Assembly (NCBI GenBank): GCA_977017645.1
Contig: OZ360247.1
Coordinates: forward strand, 19,096,001 to 19,160,000
Length of the DNA stretch: 64,000 nucleotides
Direction: 5' to 3'
Source: Torpedo marmorata
Taxonomy: Eukaryota
This document shows positions 13,903-26,049 of the stretch, piece after piece. Numbering within the stretch: the first letter of the stretch is position 1; the number at the start of each line of letters is the position of its first letter. The translations under genes and the position numbers were made by a program. The notes beneath the pieces were generated by a model. It saw only the letters and a program-made list of their open reading frames with translations, had not been told where the DNA came from and searched no databases.

Positions 13903-13954
13903 GAACTTTAATTCACTTCACCCCACAGGACTCTTTTTAAAAAGGAGGGGTGAA

Positions 13955-14187
13955 TGTGGTAAACCACTGTAAATACCTGTATATATGTTTATGGTCGTCT
14001 GGACACGCCCCTTACTGGCTGTACCTGTGGCTCCTCCCACAGACCCCTGAATAAAGGCTATTGTGTCACAGCTCCCTCCCCAGTCCAGCTCAGACGACCA
14101 CCAGGAGTGTACATCCATTCCAATGTGAATAAAAGCCTATCAGTTCTTGCCTAACTTCTAGTCTTTGGAGTTATTGATGGTGCATCA
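13955..14187 (+). repeat. 3' LTR (233 bp)
   Basis: Direct repeat of 9902-10132, preceded by a polypurine tract. Confidence 0.95.
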
Positions 14188-14600
14188 GTTCTGTAGGTCA
14201 CCGAGTTCAGGGTGAAAGTTCATGTAGGTCGCCGGGGCTGAGACGGAGACCCACGTGTGAAGCCAGGTCCTGTGGGCTGGCGGGTTCAGGGTGAAAGTTC
14301 ATGTTGGAGGCTCGATCCTGTAGGTCACCGAGGCCAAGGTGGAGACCCGGGTCAGGAGTTCGGTCCTGTAGGTCACTGGGACCAAGGTGGAGACCCGCGT
14401 CAGGAGCTCCATCCTGTAGATCACTGAGGCCAAGGTGGAGACCCGCGTCAGGAGTTCGGTCCTGGAGGTCACTGGGACCAAGGTGGAGACCCGCGTCAGG
14501 AGCTCCATCCTGTAGATCACTGAGGCCAAGGTGGAGACCCGCGTCAGGAGTTCGGTCCTGTAAACCGTCAGGGCCAGAGTGGAGAACCGTGAAAACCAAC
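14188..14600 (-). mobile_element. Penelope-like element, segment 3, containing a 48-bp tandem repeat (about 14320-14565)
   Basis: The unit cctgtaggtcac..ccaaggtggagacccg also occurs at 9850-9900 on the other side of the Gypsy TSD. Two alternating 48-bp variants give a 16-aa period. Confidence 0.72.
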
Positions 14601-14604
14601 AACT

Positions 14605-14700
14605 TTGAAGGGATCAGGCCTGAAACATTGGTTATATATCTTTGCCTCCTATGGATGCTGCGAGACCTGCTGAGTTCCTCCAGCATTTCTGTGTTTTAAC
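14605..14700 (+). repeat. Penelope terminal (pLTR-like) repeat, inverted relative to the adjacent element
   Basis: tgaagggatcaggcctgaaacattgg...gacctgctgagttcctccagc, a motif that recurs many times in the window. Confidence 0.6.
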
Positions 14701-15195
14701 TTTTAGTCTCTCGCTATTTAAAACACACTTGGCATTTCAACAGTTTCTACATTCTTTAACTTCAGATAATCTTGTCCTTTTTACATATTGATAAGGTTGT
14801 ATGACCTTATTTTGTTCTCCCTGTCGACTCCTGTATTCTCTGTTTATCAACACCACTGCCTTGCTTTGCTGAATTCTGAACGTCCCAATCTTCAGGCTGA
14901 CTACAGTTTTTGGCGACATTATAAGCCTTCCCTTGGATCTAACACTGCCTTTAACTATCTTGTTAAACATGCTTGGGCCACTTTTCCTGTTGAATTTGGT
15001 GCCTGGCAGCACAAAACATTTGTTGTGAACCATACATTAATTCTTCAAATATTAGCCATTGCTTGTAAACTGTCACACCCTTGAACACAATTTCCTAAAC
15101 TACCAGAGCCAACTCACGCTGTACAACTGATTAATTTCTTCTATGAAGAACCTCACACTGGACAGTAAGAGAACCTAATGATGTTTCTTCCATCA

Positions 15196-15645
15196 AGTTC
15201 CCTGCCATTTGGGTAATGCTTCATGCTGAGGAACCCGTGCAGGCTGTGGGTTGCTGGCGACAGCGGTCGAGGGATTCACACCAGGCAGCGGACAGCTGGA
15301 GACTGACTCAAGACTGGCTGAAGGGGTACCAGATATCGGAACTGGGATGCGAGAGGGTTCCGAGGGCGCTGAAGGTTTCCTGATCGTGTCGGAGGCTTGG
15401 ATCTGGAGCTCGGGCTGCAAATGATTTGGACTGGATTCTGTGTGGCTGCAGAGGCTGTGGCAGTGCTGGAGGTGAACCCATGGACATGGTGACTCTGGGG
15501 GGACTCTCTTTTGCTTCTCTTTCTCTGACTGTAAGAGGCGATTCAGGCAATTTCTGCTAATGGCGAATCTGTCTGTCTTACGGCAGACAAAACCAAGTTC
15601 CGTGTAATATTGCACTGTCTTTATTACATGACAATAAAGGAATCG
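15196..15645 (+). repeat. Unclassified non-coding interspersed repeat with a Rex1-like 3' end
   Basis: Ends in catgacaataaa like the Rex1 copies in this window, with no RT coding sequence. Boundaries approximate. Confidence 0.35.
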
Positions 15646-16329
15646 AGGTCCTGATTAACCCTGTGTACACCTGCACATTAGCCCACAGACAATCAGCAGG
15701 CCTCATTCATTGGAGGGTCTGTAAAGCCCCCCTCCTCCACCTCGTTATCTCCTGTCTGCCAATCACTTTTCAGCTGCACCTGTATCAGGGCCTTACTGTG
15801 ACTTGGTTAGGGGCTCCCATAGCCCATTGGCGTGACAGGAGTGGATCCCAGGCAGGGTCTGGAGATACTTCTGACTGCAGCAGCCTGCGGAACCTTGCAC
15901 AAGTCATGTTTCATTCTGAGTCAGTCAGTGGGCTGAGTTGCCTCAATAATGTGCCTGCCCAGAGGATGGGTGGCCAGAAGAATCCAGCAAAACACATTCC
16001 TGGGATAACTCCCAGTGAGGATGTTCCTCTGGAATGTGAAGCGTTGTCCCTGTGGTCTCAGCACACCTTGTAAGGCCTCAGCTCCTTCCACTCCAAGCCC
16101 CGCTCCTTCTCCCTGCAGTGGAAGCCAGAGCATCTCTGGATCCTCAGTTGGGTGAAGTTTCCCCACCATTTCTGCAGTGACCTCCTATTGCAGCATTCTC
16201 AAACAGAGCCAATGGCTGAGTGCACTCCCGCATTGGCTGCTCGCTTTTGGCCATGTTTTCATTTAAGCTGAAAATCCAACTCCAAACAATCTAAAAGAGG
16301 AAGTGAGAGTCCTCGAACTCAGACCAATT

Positions 16330-16945
16330 AAAGTGTTGCACTGCGCAGAACAAGCCCTTCGGCCCAACTCATTCATGCTGACCAACTTGGCATTCCGGGC
16401 TTGTCCCATTTGCCTGCATTTTCTCCATATCCTTTCAATCCCTTCCTGTCCATAAACGTGTCCAAAGGTCTTTTGAATGTCTGAATTGTACCCGCTTCTA
16501 CAGTTTCCTCCAGAAGCTCGTTCTGGATACGGACCACCCTCTGAGAGAATAGGTTGCCCCTCACGTACCTCCTAAGTCTTCCCCCACCCCTCTCACCTTA
16601 ACCCTTTGGACTCCGGCCATTTTTAACCTTTCTTAATATATACTCCGGACTGGGTCCATGGGTAAACTACAGTGTAAACACCAGTACGAACCAGCTGATA
16701 GTTGGGTATAAACCAGTTCCGGAAACCTGGGGCACAAAGTATATGCACTTGTTGGTAGTCCCTGAAAACAGAGTCCAAAGGGTTAAACCTAAGCCCTCCA
16801 GTTCCAGAATCATCTACCCAGCAAAATAGACTATGACCATTTACTTTATTCACGCCCCTCATGAATTTATAAGCCACTACAAGGTCACCCCTCATCCTCC
16901 TTCGCTCCAGGGAATAAAGACCCAGTCTATCTAATTTCTCCCTAT
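16330..16945 (-). mobile_element. CR1 LINE 3' fragment
   Basis: CR1 C-terminal motifs RGDLVVAYKFMRG and FSQRVVRI..ELLEETVEAGT. Confidence 0.75.
16602..16782. mobile_element. piggyBac-type MITE (181 bp)
   Basis: 12-bp TIRs ccctttggactc / gagtccaaaggg and TTAA TSD at 16598-16601 and 16783-16786, inside CR1. Confidence 0.9.
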
Positions 16946-16946
16946 A

Positions 16947-17310
16947 TCAGAATCAGAATTTATTGTCATGAACAAGTCATGAAATTCGGTGTTTTGTGGC
17001 AGCATCATAGTGCAAACATTCATAATATAACCATCTTACGGCATTACTATAAAAATATACAAATAATAGTGCACGAAAAGTAAGGCAGTGTCTTTGGTTC
17101 ATTGATTATTCAGGAATCTGATGGCAGCAGGGAAGAAGCTGTCCTTGTGCCGTTGAGTGCTCGTCTTCAGGCTCCTGTACCTCCTTCCTGATGGTAGCAG
17201 AGTGAAGAGGGCATGGCCTGGGTGGTGGGGGTCCTTGAGGAGAGAGGCTGCTTTCTTAAGACACCGCCTCTTGTAGATGTCCTCGTTGGAGTGGTGACTG
17301 ATGCGGCTGG
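16947..17310 (-). mobile_element. Rex1/Babar LINE 3' fragment with (ATTCTG)n tail
   Basis: Matches the 3' end of 26050-27490. Confidence 0.85.
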
Positions 17311-18349
17311 CCGAATTTTAGCTTCCAGTCCCGGCAAAATCCCAGGGAATCTCCTCTGCACCCCTTCCAACTTATTATAGGATATCCAATCCTGCCAATT
17401 ACCACCCAATTGGCCAAGGGCCAACCATCAGCAGGTGATGGAGGGTGCTGTCAGCAGAGGCTTCAACCGCACCAACTCACCAACAACCTGCTTCCTCGCA
17501 CCCGAGGAATCAAGTGGAAATGCTCCAGTATCTGGTTGGACAAAGGGGATAGGTGTGTTGTTGGAAGTCCCAATCCCAGGACATCACTGGAGGAGTTCTT
17601 TAGGACAGTGTCCTGGGCCTGACCACTCTGTGCTGCTTCCTCAATCACCTTCCTTCCTTCACTCGTTCAGAAGTGGGGTGTTTGCTGATCATTGCACGAT
17701 GTTCAGAATCAGAATCAGGTTTATTGTCAAGAACATGTGTCACTAAATTTAATATTGGCCCCTGCCTGCTTTTCGCTTGTACCTCGAGAAAGTGCTCAGG
17801 CCCGAAATGTCAGTAATATATCTTTACCTCCTATGTAGCCTGTTCCTGTCCTGTGCATTGACACCTCCATACCCGACAGTGATGCAACCAGTCAGAATTC
17901 TCTCCACGGTACACCTGTAGAAATTTGCAAGAGTCCATTTCACTTTCACCTCCTCAGCAAAGGGGGCAGGCCCTGGACAACGTTCAGACACGAGCTTGGG
18001 GAGGCCAGACCACTTGATACACTTAAGGTGGAGATATCAATGTATTTGAAAGATCGGGAATTGAGGGTTACGAGGAACTGGTGCAGGAGAGAAGGTGATG
18101 TCAGCAGAGATCAGCCATGGTCATCTTGGATGGTGGGGCAGGGTTGAGGGGAGATAGACTGGATAGGCTGGTGAGTTGGGTAGCTGCACAGCAAATCCAA
18201 TTCACCACAAGGCAGGGAGAGGTTGTCCATCTTGCTGGAAATAATTAGCAAGGAACAACATCAGCTGGAAGGCATGGGTTTTGAGGCATGAGACAAAGTG
18301 TCTGTGCATATTCCAAGTTACCTGAACAGGTTGATGCGACGGTTCCTCA

Positions 18350-18970
18350 GGTCAGAGTCATGGAGATGTACAGCCCAGAAACAGGCCCTTTGGTGCAACT
18401 CATCCGTGACGACCAAAGTGTCTTCCTAAGCTCGTCCAATTTGCATGCATTGACCCATATTCGTTCAACCTATCCTCTCCATGTACTTATTCAAATGTCT
18501 TTTAAATGTTCTCCTTGTTCCCATCTCTACCACTTCCTTCCATACAGCCATCACCTTGAAAGTTGCTCATCAGCCCCTTATAAATCTTTCCCCTCTCACC
18601 TTAAATCTCTCTCCTCAAGTCTCCCTAACCCTGGGAAAAAGACAATGACCATTCACCTTATCTATGCCCTCACAATTTTGCGTACCTCTATAAGGACACC
18701 CCTCAGTTTCCTTCGCTCCAGAGGAAACAACCCCGACCTATCGAGTCTTTCCTTACAACTCAAACCCGGGTGAATCTTCTCTGCACCCTACCCAACCTAA
18801 TGAACTCCTTCCTCTATCAGGGCAACCAGAACTGCGCACAATACTCACCCGTCTTGTACAGTTGAACATAACAACTCAACTCTTGTACTCAGTGCTCTGA
18901 CTGATGAAAGCCTGCAGGCCATGTGCCTCCTTCTCCATCCTGTCTACTTATGACACCACTTTCAATGAAG
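18350..18970 (-). mobile_element. Old CR1 3' fragment
   Basis: Typical CR1 3' sequence (ccctctcaccttaaa, cttcgctccagaggaaacaa, ccagaactgcgcacaatactc). Boundaries approximate. Confidence 0.65.
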
Positions 18971-19440
18971 TATCTGGGGTCAGAACTCGAAAAACAGGGG
19001 AAAGGAATAAGTTGTGCCGAAGCTTTGATGTAATCCTGGCTTAGCTCCGGTTGGAGTATTGTGGACAGAGCCGGCCTCACACTTTGGGCAGCTGCTGCAT
19101 TTTCCTGGACAGTCCTGGCAGTGAGGGATTTGGTGATGAAGGTGAAACTGGACGGACAAGAGTCTCCTGCATTGCGATTTGATTGGTGTTTAAAATCATG
19201 ACGGGGTGCGGATGGAGTTATTGAAGAGAAACTCTCTGCATGCCTAAGTGGCCAATTAACTGGGAACATAGGTTTGAATAATTAGCAAACGGCCCCGGAA
19301 TGGGAGGAGGTGTCCCACACAATGGGCTGGCAAAGGTTAGGAATGAATTGTCCAGAGAGGGATGAAATATTGATTCAAGAGCAGCTTTAAAAAAGGACTT
19401 GGATGGTTTTGGTGCAATGTCCTGTCAAGATGGCACGTGA

Positions 19441-19650
19441 TGGTGCAGAACACAAATATGCTGGAGAAATTCAGCAGGTCGCAGCATCCACAGGGACCTG
19501 CTGAGTTTCTCCAGCACATTTGTGTTCTGCACCACCACCATGACACAGGACTATCCAGCTCTATGGATGCTGTGTGACCTGCTGAGTTTCTCCAGCACTT
19601 TTGTGTACTGCACCGGACCCCAGCATCTGCAGGCTTCCTGTTTACCTCCA
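19441..19650. repeat. Penelope-terminus-derived inverted and direct repeat cluster
   Basis: 40-bp arms at 19441-19480 and 19495-19534, plus a third copy at about 19560-19640. Confidence 0.7.
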
Positions 19651-20013
19651 TTGACGGTGCAGCTCGTCGACAGTATAAACCCACACAGGCAACTCCACCA
19701 GGAACGTCTGATCAAACTTACTGAGGGGTGAGTGTCATCCACCAAGTCTACTCTGATCTGAGAGCTCGGAAATGCAGGCTGATTCACTGCCTGCCGCAAG
19801 TTTGAACCCGTGGATATTTCCAGGACTGGGTGTGATTTGTTTTTCCCTGTTATGTAAGGATCGTCACCAACAGACACAGGGATATCAGTCGGAGTGGCGT
19901 CTTACACTGTGACTCAGGGAAATCCCGTACTCCATTCTTGCAATCCTACCCTTCCCCCAGCTGCTCCTCAGTGAAATTCCTGACCCCATCTCCGAGACCA
20001 GTGACTATAGTTG

Positions 20014-20261
20014 TGATATACCTATCAATGACAGACGCGAGTCTAGAAGTGCAGGAATTAATAGGCTTTTATTACCAGAATCAAAGCCAGGGCTAATACA
20101 CCTTGACCTGATGATCCCTGCTGGATTGTCCCGGAACTGGGGGAGGAGTAGCTGGCTCAATGCCTTTATTCCATGTAAAGGGGGAGGGGTCACCGGGACA
20201 GACAGACAGGTCATGGTCATACTTGCCTCAGGCCACAATACAAACAAAGTGGTTTACCACA
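20014..20261 (-). mobile_element. Solo LTR related to the Gypsy element at 9902
   Basis: Minus strand starts tgtggtaaaccact (same as 9902) and ends aataaaagcct...attgataggtatatca. 5-bp TSD agttg at 20009-20013 and 20262-20266. Confidence 0.88.
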
Positions 20262-20644
20262 AGTTGAATAGCAGGGAGGGAAAGTCTGTAACACAAGGGA
20301 TTTACTGATGGGCTTGTGAGTGAATAGTGGTGATATGCAGAGGGGGGTGAGGGATGACATCCTGTTCCCAGAAATGTTACGATACCTTGAACACGCAGTT
20401 CAATCCAGCAGCACAGTATCCCTGGGCAGGAGTTCACTTCCTCAACACAGGAGGGACAAGTGAAGCTCACCCTCTCTTCTGAAACCCCACAACTGATCAG
20501 CACATCATGAAAGAGTTTTACCAGGATGTTGAGTAAAACACAAAAGTCTGCAGACACTGTGGTTGAAGTAAAATCACAATGCTGGAGAAACTCAGCAGGT
20601 CAAACAGTGTACTTTATGTAGCAAAAATAAAGATACATCAAGCC

Positions 20645-21960
20645 CTTCACCAGGATGTTACCTGGTTTAGAGGGTTTGAGTTACCCATCCTATCAATACT
20701 TCTCATAATTTTATAACATTTTATCAGGTGTCCACTCAGCCTCTGACTCTCCAGAGAAAACAACTCAAGTTTGTACAATCTCTCCCCATAACTCATCCCC
20801 TCTAAACCAGGCAACATGCTGGTAAACCTCTTCTGAACCCTTTCCAAAGCCTCCACATCCTTCCTGTAATGAGGTGTCCAGAACTGCACACAGTATTCCA
20901 AGTGCGGCCTGAACAACGTTTTATACAGCTGCAACATGACCTCCTTATTTTTGTACCCAATCCCCACACAATGAAGCCAAGCATATCATACACCTTCTTT
21001 ACTATCCGATCTACTTGTCTGGCCACGCTCAATGACCTGGCAGATCCCTCTGCACATCAATACTTTTAAGAGTCCTGCCATTAATTGCATACACTCCCTT
21101 ACATATGACCTCCCAAAGTGCAACACCTCATACTTGTCCAGTTTAAACTCCATCTTCCATTTCTCTGCCCACATCTGTAAACTGCTCTATATCCTGTTGT
21201 ATTCTTTGATAACCTTCTCCACTGTCCACAACTCCTCCAATCTTAGACATACATACAGCACGGTAACAGTCCATTTCAGCCCACGAGCCCGTGCCACGCA
21301 ATTACACCCAAGTGACCTACAATCCCCGGTACGTTTCGAACGGTGGGAGGAAACCAGAGCCCCCGGGGAAAACCCATGCAGATACGGGGAGAACGTAATA
21401 GAGAGGCAGTCGTGATTACTGCTTCTCGCGGTTTTTTGCCATATGTTAATGAAGGTTTTTAGTTGTAGCTCTGTGTGTATTTTGTGTCTTGTAATGTTGT
21501 AGTTTTGAAAAAAGTTTGTATGTTTAGAATTAAAAAAAAACTCCTTACAGACAGCGCGGGATTCGAACCCCGGTCCCAATTGCTGGTGCTGAAACAGCGT
21601 TGCGCTAACCGCTATGCTAACCATGCCACATCTTTGTATCATCTGCAAACTTACTAGCCCACCCATTGATGTTTTCATCCAGGCCATTCATATACTGTAA
21701 ATCACAAGCAAGTCCCAACCCCAACCCCTACAGAACACCACTGGTACACACCACCCTGTACACAACCCTGTGCACAACCTCATTTGTACACAACCCTCTA
21801 CACAACCCTATACACTACCCTGTACATCATTTTTCCATGCTGTGTGACTCCATGTCACTCTATTATCCTCAAAGAATTGTTGCAAATCAATCAAACCTGA
21901 TTTGTTTTCATAAAATGGTGTGACTCTAATGATTTTCTAAACGACCTGCTCTTCAATGGA
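20645..21960 (-). mobile_element. CR1 LINE RT fragment
   Basis: WAEKWKMEF..KYEVLHFG and LYKTLFRPHLEYCVQFW.PHYRKDVEALERVQKRFT. Confidence 0.85.
21245..21629 (-). mobile_element. tRNA-derived V-SINE (HE1-like) in CR1, with a short poly(A)-tailed insert at about 21399-21540
   Basis: B box ggttcgaatcc and V-domain ccccgtatctgcatgggtttt on the minus strand. Flanked by atctt duplication; similar copies at 45890 and 48075. Confidence 0.8.
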
Positions 21961-22439
21961 TTACAGTGACTGATGTGTGAACCATTCTTGTCTGGTGTCC
22001 GTATTCTCTAATCCCTGGATTCTCCATTGATATTAGTCAACGTCTTCAACCACCAAAATGCTCATTTAGAATCTCTGCCAATTCACTATTTCCCATCGTT
22101 TTCCAGTCTCATTCTCTAAGGGGCTGTCATTTACGTTAACTAATCTCTTCTTTTATATGAAACTTTTAAATACAACAGCCTCTTTGTTTGCTTAGCATAG
22201 TAATCTTTTAATGGCATTTATATCTATTAGTCAGAGATCTTATAAGATGTTATAGGATTATATTTCCGGCCATTAACACAACCGCTGTTTGCCACCTTTC
22301 TGCAGATGTCCCATACTGGCATGTATCAGTTTAATTCTCCCACTGATATTACCATTTCCTCATGCTGTACAAACCAACCCAGACATGTCGCACATGGGCT
22401 TTTGACTGTACTTGAAGGTCATAGATCTGTGAATAGACG

Positions 22440-23400
22440 TGCCATAGACCTGTGTCATAGACCTGTGGATAGACCTGTGGAAAGACCTGTGTCATAGACC
22501 TGTGTCATCGACCTGTGTCATAGGCCTGTGTCAAAGGCCTGTGTCATAGGCCTGTGGATGGACCTGTGTCGTGGACCTGTGTCGTGGACCTGTGGATAGA
22601 CCTGTGGAAAGACCTGTGTCGTGGACCTGTGTTGTGGACCTGTGGATAGACCTGTGGAAAGACATGTGTCATAGACCTGTGTCATAGACCTGTGTCATAG
22701 ACCTGTGGATGGACCTGTGTCGTGGACCTGTGTCGTGGACCTGTGGATAGACCTGTGGAAAGACCTGTGTCAAAGGCCTGTGTCATAGGCCTGCGTCATA
22801 GGCCTGTGTCATAGACCTGCGTCATAGACCTGTGGATGGACCTGTGTCGTGGACCTGTGGATAGACCTGTGGAAAGACCTGTGTCGTGGACCTGTGTTGT
22901 GGACCTGTGGATAGACCTGTGGATAGACCTGTGGAAAGACCTGTGGAAAGACCTGTGTCAAAGGCCTGTGTCATAGGCCTGCGTCATAGGCCTGTGTCAT
23001 AGACCTGTGGATGGACCTGTGTCGTGGACCTGTGGATAGACCTGTGGAAAGACCTGTGTCGTGGACCTGTGTTGTGGACCTGTGGATAGACCTGTGGATA
23101 GACCTGTGGAAAGACCTGTGGAAAGACCTGTGTCATAGACCTGTGTCATAAGCCTGTGTCATAGACCTGTGGATGGACCTGTGGATGGACCTGTGTCGTG
23201 GACCTGTGGATAGACCTGTGGATGGACCTGTGGATGGACCTGTGAATAGACCTGTGGATGGACGTGTGAATAGACCTGTGGATGGACCTGTGGATAGATG
23301 AGTGGATAAAAGTGTGGACGGACGTGTGTTACAGACCTGTGGATGGACATGTGGCCGGAACTGTGGACGGAATTGCAGACGTACCTGTGGACAGACCAGT
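22440..23400. repeat. Minisatellite of mixed 12-bp and 13-bp units (gacctgtggata / gacctgtgtcata)
   Basis: Seen directly; degenerates towards 23400. Confidence 0.95.
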
Positions 23401-23884
23401 GGATAGTTAAAACTGATAGGGGGACAGGGAGTAACGGATGTTTCAACTGAGAAAACATGCATGTCCCCTTTGCTCCGTCTCCGAATGTGTGCTTTGACAC
23501 AGCCCTTGGTTCCCTCTCTGCATGCTGGGATATAATTCTTCTGGCCAACGTCTGAACGGGTGAGCTGCAAACTGTGTAAATGATTCATCCAGGTACATGT
23601 GAACACATCCACCATAATCCTAGCCCTGAGTGATGGGATCTCCGAGACCGAGATCTTCCTGCCAGTGCATCTCTTGGAGACCACCATTTACTGGATTCTT
23701 TCCTCATTCCCAGTGAGCTCCTTGTCTCTCCTCCCCCTCTGTTTGCCTCCAGTTAGTGCCTTACCCAAACCCACTCTCACTGTCAGAGAAATACTCCGGA
23801 TGTCAGAACCACTGGACATGGGTACAGACCATGATGATGGAAGGGCATCCAGGCACATAGTCAAAGCCTCTGATAGTCTGTTAT

Positions 23885-24100
23885 GGTCTGTGTCGAGGGT
23901 CTGTTACAGTCAGTGTCGAGGGTCTGTTACAGTCAGTGTCGAGGGTCTGATACAGTCAGCGTCAAGGTCTGTCGAGGGTCTGTTACAGTCAGTGTCGAGG
24001 GTTTGATACAGTCAGCGTCAAGGTCTGTCGAGGGTCTGTTACAGTCAGTGTCGAGGGTCTGACACAGTCAGTGTCGAGGGTCTGTTACAGTTTGTGTCGA
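23885..24100. repeat. 23-bp minisatellite gtgtcgagggtctgttacagtca
   Basis: About 8-9 copies including longer variants. Confidence 0.9.
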
Positions 24101-24214
24101 GGGGTGTTGAGTGGAAACTACATCAGGCCAACCCTTTGGTCATTGGACCCAGGTCCCTAAACTCTCCTCGACAGCTAGTCCCACACAACTTGGCACCTCT
24201 CAGATAATGAGACC

Positions 24215-24856
24215 ATGTGTTGTGTTCAGAATAAGTTTGACGGATTCAAAGAGAATCAGGGCTGGACACATGTTATGAACAAACAGTGGTCTTTATTTAT
24301 ACATGGGAATTCACAGAAAGGGCACACACTCACAGACTTACATACACAGCATAGAGGCATGGTATACCGAGAAAGGAGGGTTTAACTCGTTCAGCACCCA
24401 CCACCCACAGGCACGGTATACCAAGAAGCGAGGGTTTAACTTGTTCAGCACTCACCACCCACAGGCACGGTATACCGAGAAATGAGTACATACATATAAA
24501 CCTGGTCTCCAGTGTCCCTGCTGCTTGGGATCCGGGACGGGCCCATTGCAGTCGGCCCTCCGGAGCTGCCTGTAGCCTGGACTTCAGGGATGGTTTGAAG
24601 GCAGCAGCAAATGATGGAGAGAGAGAGACTGTACGTGCTTGGCTTTTTCAATGCAGGGACATCCACGTGATCTGCGAAGACCAATCGTGTGTCAGCCTCA
24701 CCTGTGGGCAGATCTAACTATTGATTGGCACCTGGAGGACCAATCACACGTCAGCTGCCAGGGCCAATCATTCATCAGCCTCACAGGTGGGCAGATCTAA
24801 CCCTTGATTGGCAGGTGAGGTGACTTCTGACTTGGCTCCAACCAGAGATGTCACAT
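24215..24856 (-). mobile_element. Probable LTR-like element, possibly continuing at 27491-27595
   Basis: Starts TGTTG, has a minus-strand AATAAA, internal duplications and repeated ggtgggcag/ccaatc motifs; ggtgggcag recurs after 27490. No clean TSD found. Confidence 0.45.
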
Positions 24857-25720
24857 CAGAATCAGAATTTATTGTCATGAACAAGTCATGAAATTCGGTG
24901 TTTTGCGGCAGCATCATAGTGCAAACATTCATATTATAACCATCTTACGACATTACTATAAAAAATATATAAATAATAGTGCACGAAAAGTAAGGCAGTG
25001 TCTTTGGATCATTGATTATTCAGGAATCTGATGGCAGCGGGGAAGAAGCTGTCCTTGTGCCGTTGAGTGCTCGTCTTTAGACTCCTGTACCTTTTTCCCA
25101 ATGGTACCAGAGTGAAGAGCGCATGCCCTGGGTGGTGGGGGTCTTTGAGGATGGAGGCTGCTTTTTTAAGACACCGCTTCATGTAGATGTCCTCGATGGA
25201 GTGAAGTCTGGTACCTGTGATGTCACAGGCCAAGTTAACAACCCTCTGGAGTTTATTCTTGTCCTGAGAGTTGGCGCCTCTATACTAGGCAGTGATACAA
25301 CCAGCCAGAATGCTCTCCACGGTACACCTAAAGAAGTTTACGAGAGTCTTCTCAGACACCTCACAAAGTATAGCCGCTAGCTCCAGGACAGATCCTTGGA
25401 GATGTTGACACCCAGGAATTTGAAGTTCTTGACCCTCTCCACTACTGAGAACTCGATGAGGACTGGGTCGTGTTTCCCTGACTTCCTCCTGAAGTCCACA
25501 ATCATTTCCTTGGTTTTGCTGACGTTGAGCGCAAGGTTGTTGTCGTTACACCATTCAACGAGCTGATCTATCTCCCTCCTGTACGCTTCCTCGTTGCCAT
25601 TTGTGATTTTGCTGACAACTGTGGTGTCATCGGCAAACTTGGAGATGGCATTGGAATTGTGCCTGGCCACACAGTCATGGGTGTATAACGAGTCGAGCAG
25701 TGGGCTAAGCACGCATCCCT
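24857..25720 (-). mobile_element. Rex1/Babar LINE, 5'-truncated, with a small internal deletion near 25378
   Basis: [22 protein letters not shown] and (ATTCTG)n tail. Confidence 0.9.
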
Positions 25721-26049
25721 CCGCAATTCACATTCCCACCAGGTTCCAGACGGAGAGGCCACATGTCCCTCCACAATCCACACTACACCATGCCACTCAT
25801 CTTCCCGCTTGATGTTGTCACGATTGAGGCATGTGCCTGGTCGTGGGAGCTTTACCCTTTTAACCCACTCATTTTTGACTGTTGGAGGACGTTTGGGACA
25901 GGTGGGGAAAGAGTGTGCCTCGACCCAGAGGACATCGTTTGAATTTCAGATTTTTAATGTTTAGAATAAAGTTGTTTAAAGATTCAAAAATATATACAAA
26001 TGGATGCTCAGGAATAAAGTCCAATACAAATAAGATCTCCACAGATGAA

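Larger units (their letters stand above)
9902..14187 (+). mobile_element. Complete Gypsy/Ty3 LTR retrotransposon (decayed ORFs; probably Mag-like)
   Basis: Two LTRs, 5-bp TSD gttct (9897-9901, 14188-14192), PPT at 13939-13954, and domain order gag-PR-RT-RH-IN. Confidence 0.95.

Noticed and set aside
15663-16260. Possible host exon in unique-looking sequence
   Set aside because: No recognisable domain and no convincing splice-site pair.
22440-24100. CRISPR-like regular repeats
   Set aside because: No unique spacers, no cas genes, and a eukaryotic context.
25882-26049. Novel N-terminal extension on the 482-aa RT ORF (possible domesticated gene)
   Set aside because: Starts at a non-ATG codon in unrelated AT-rich spacer; chance read-through into a truncated LINE.
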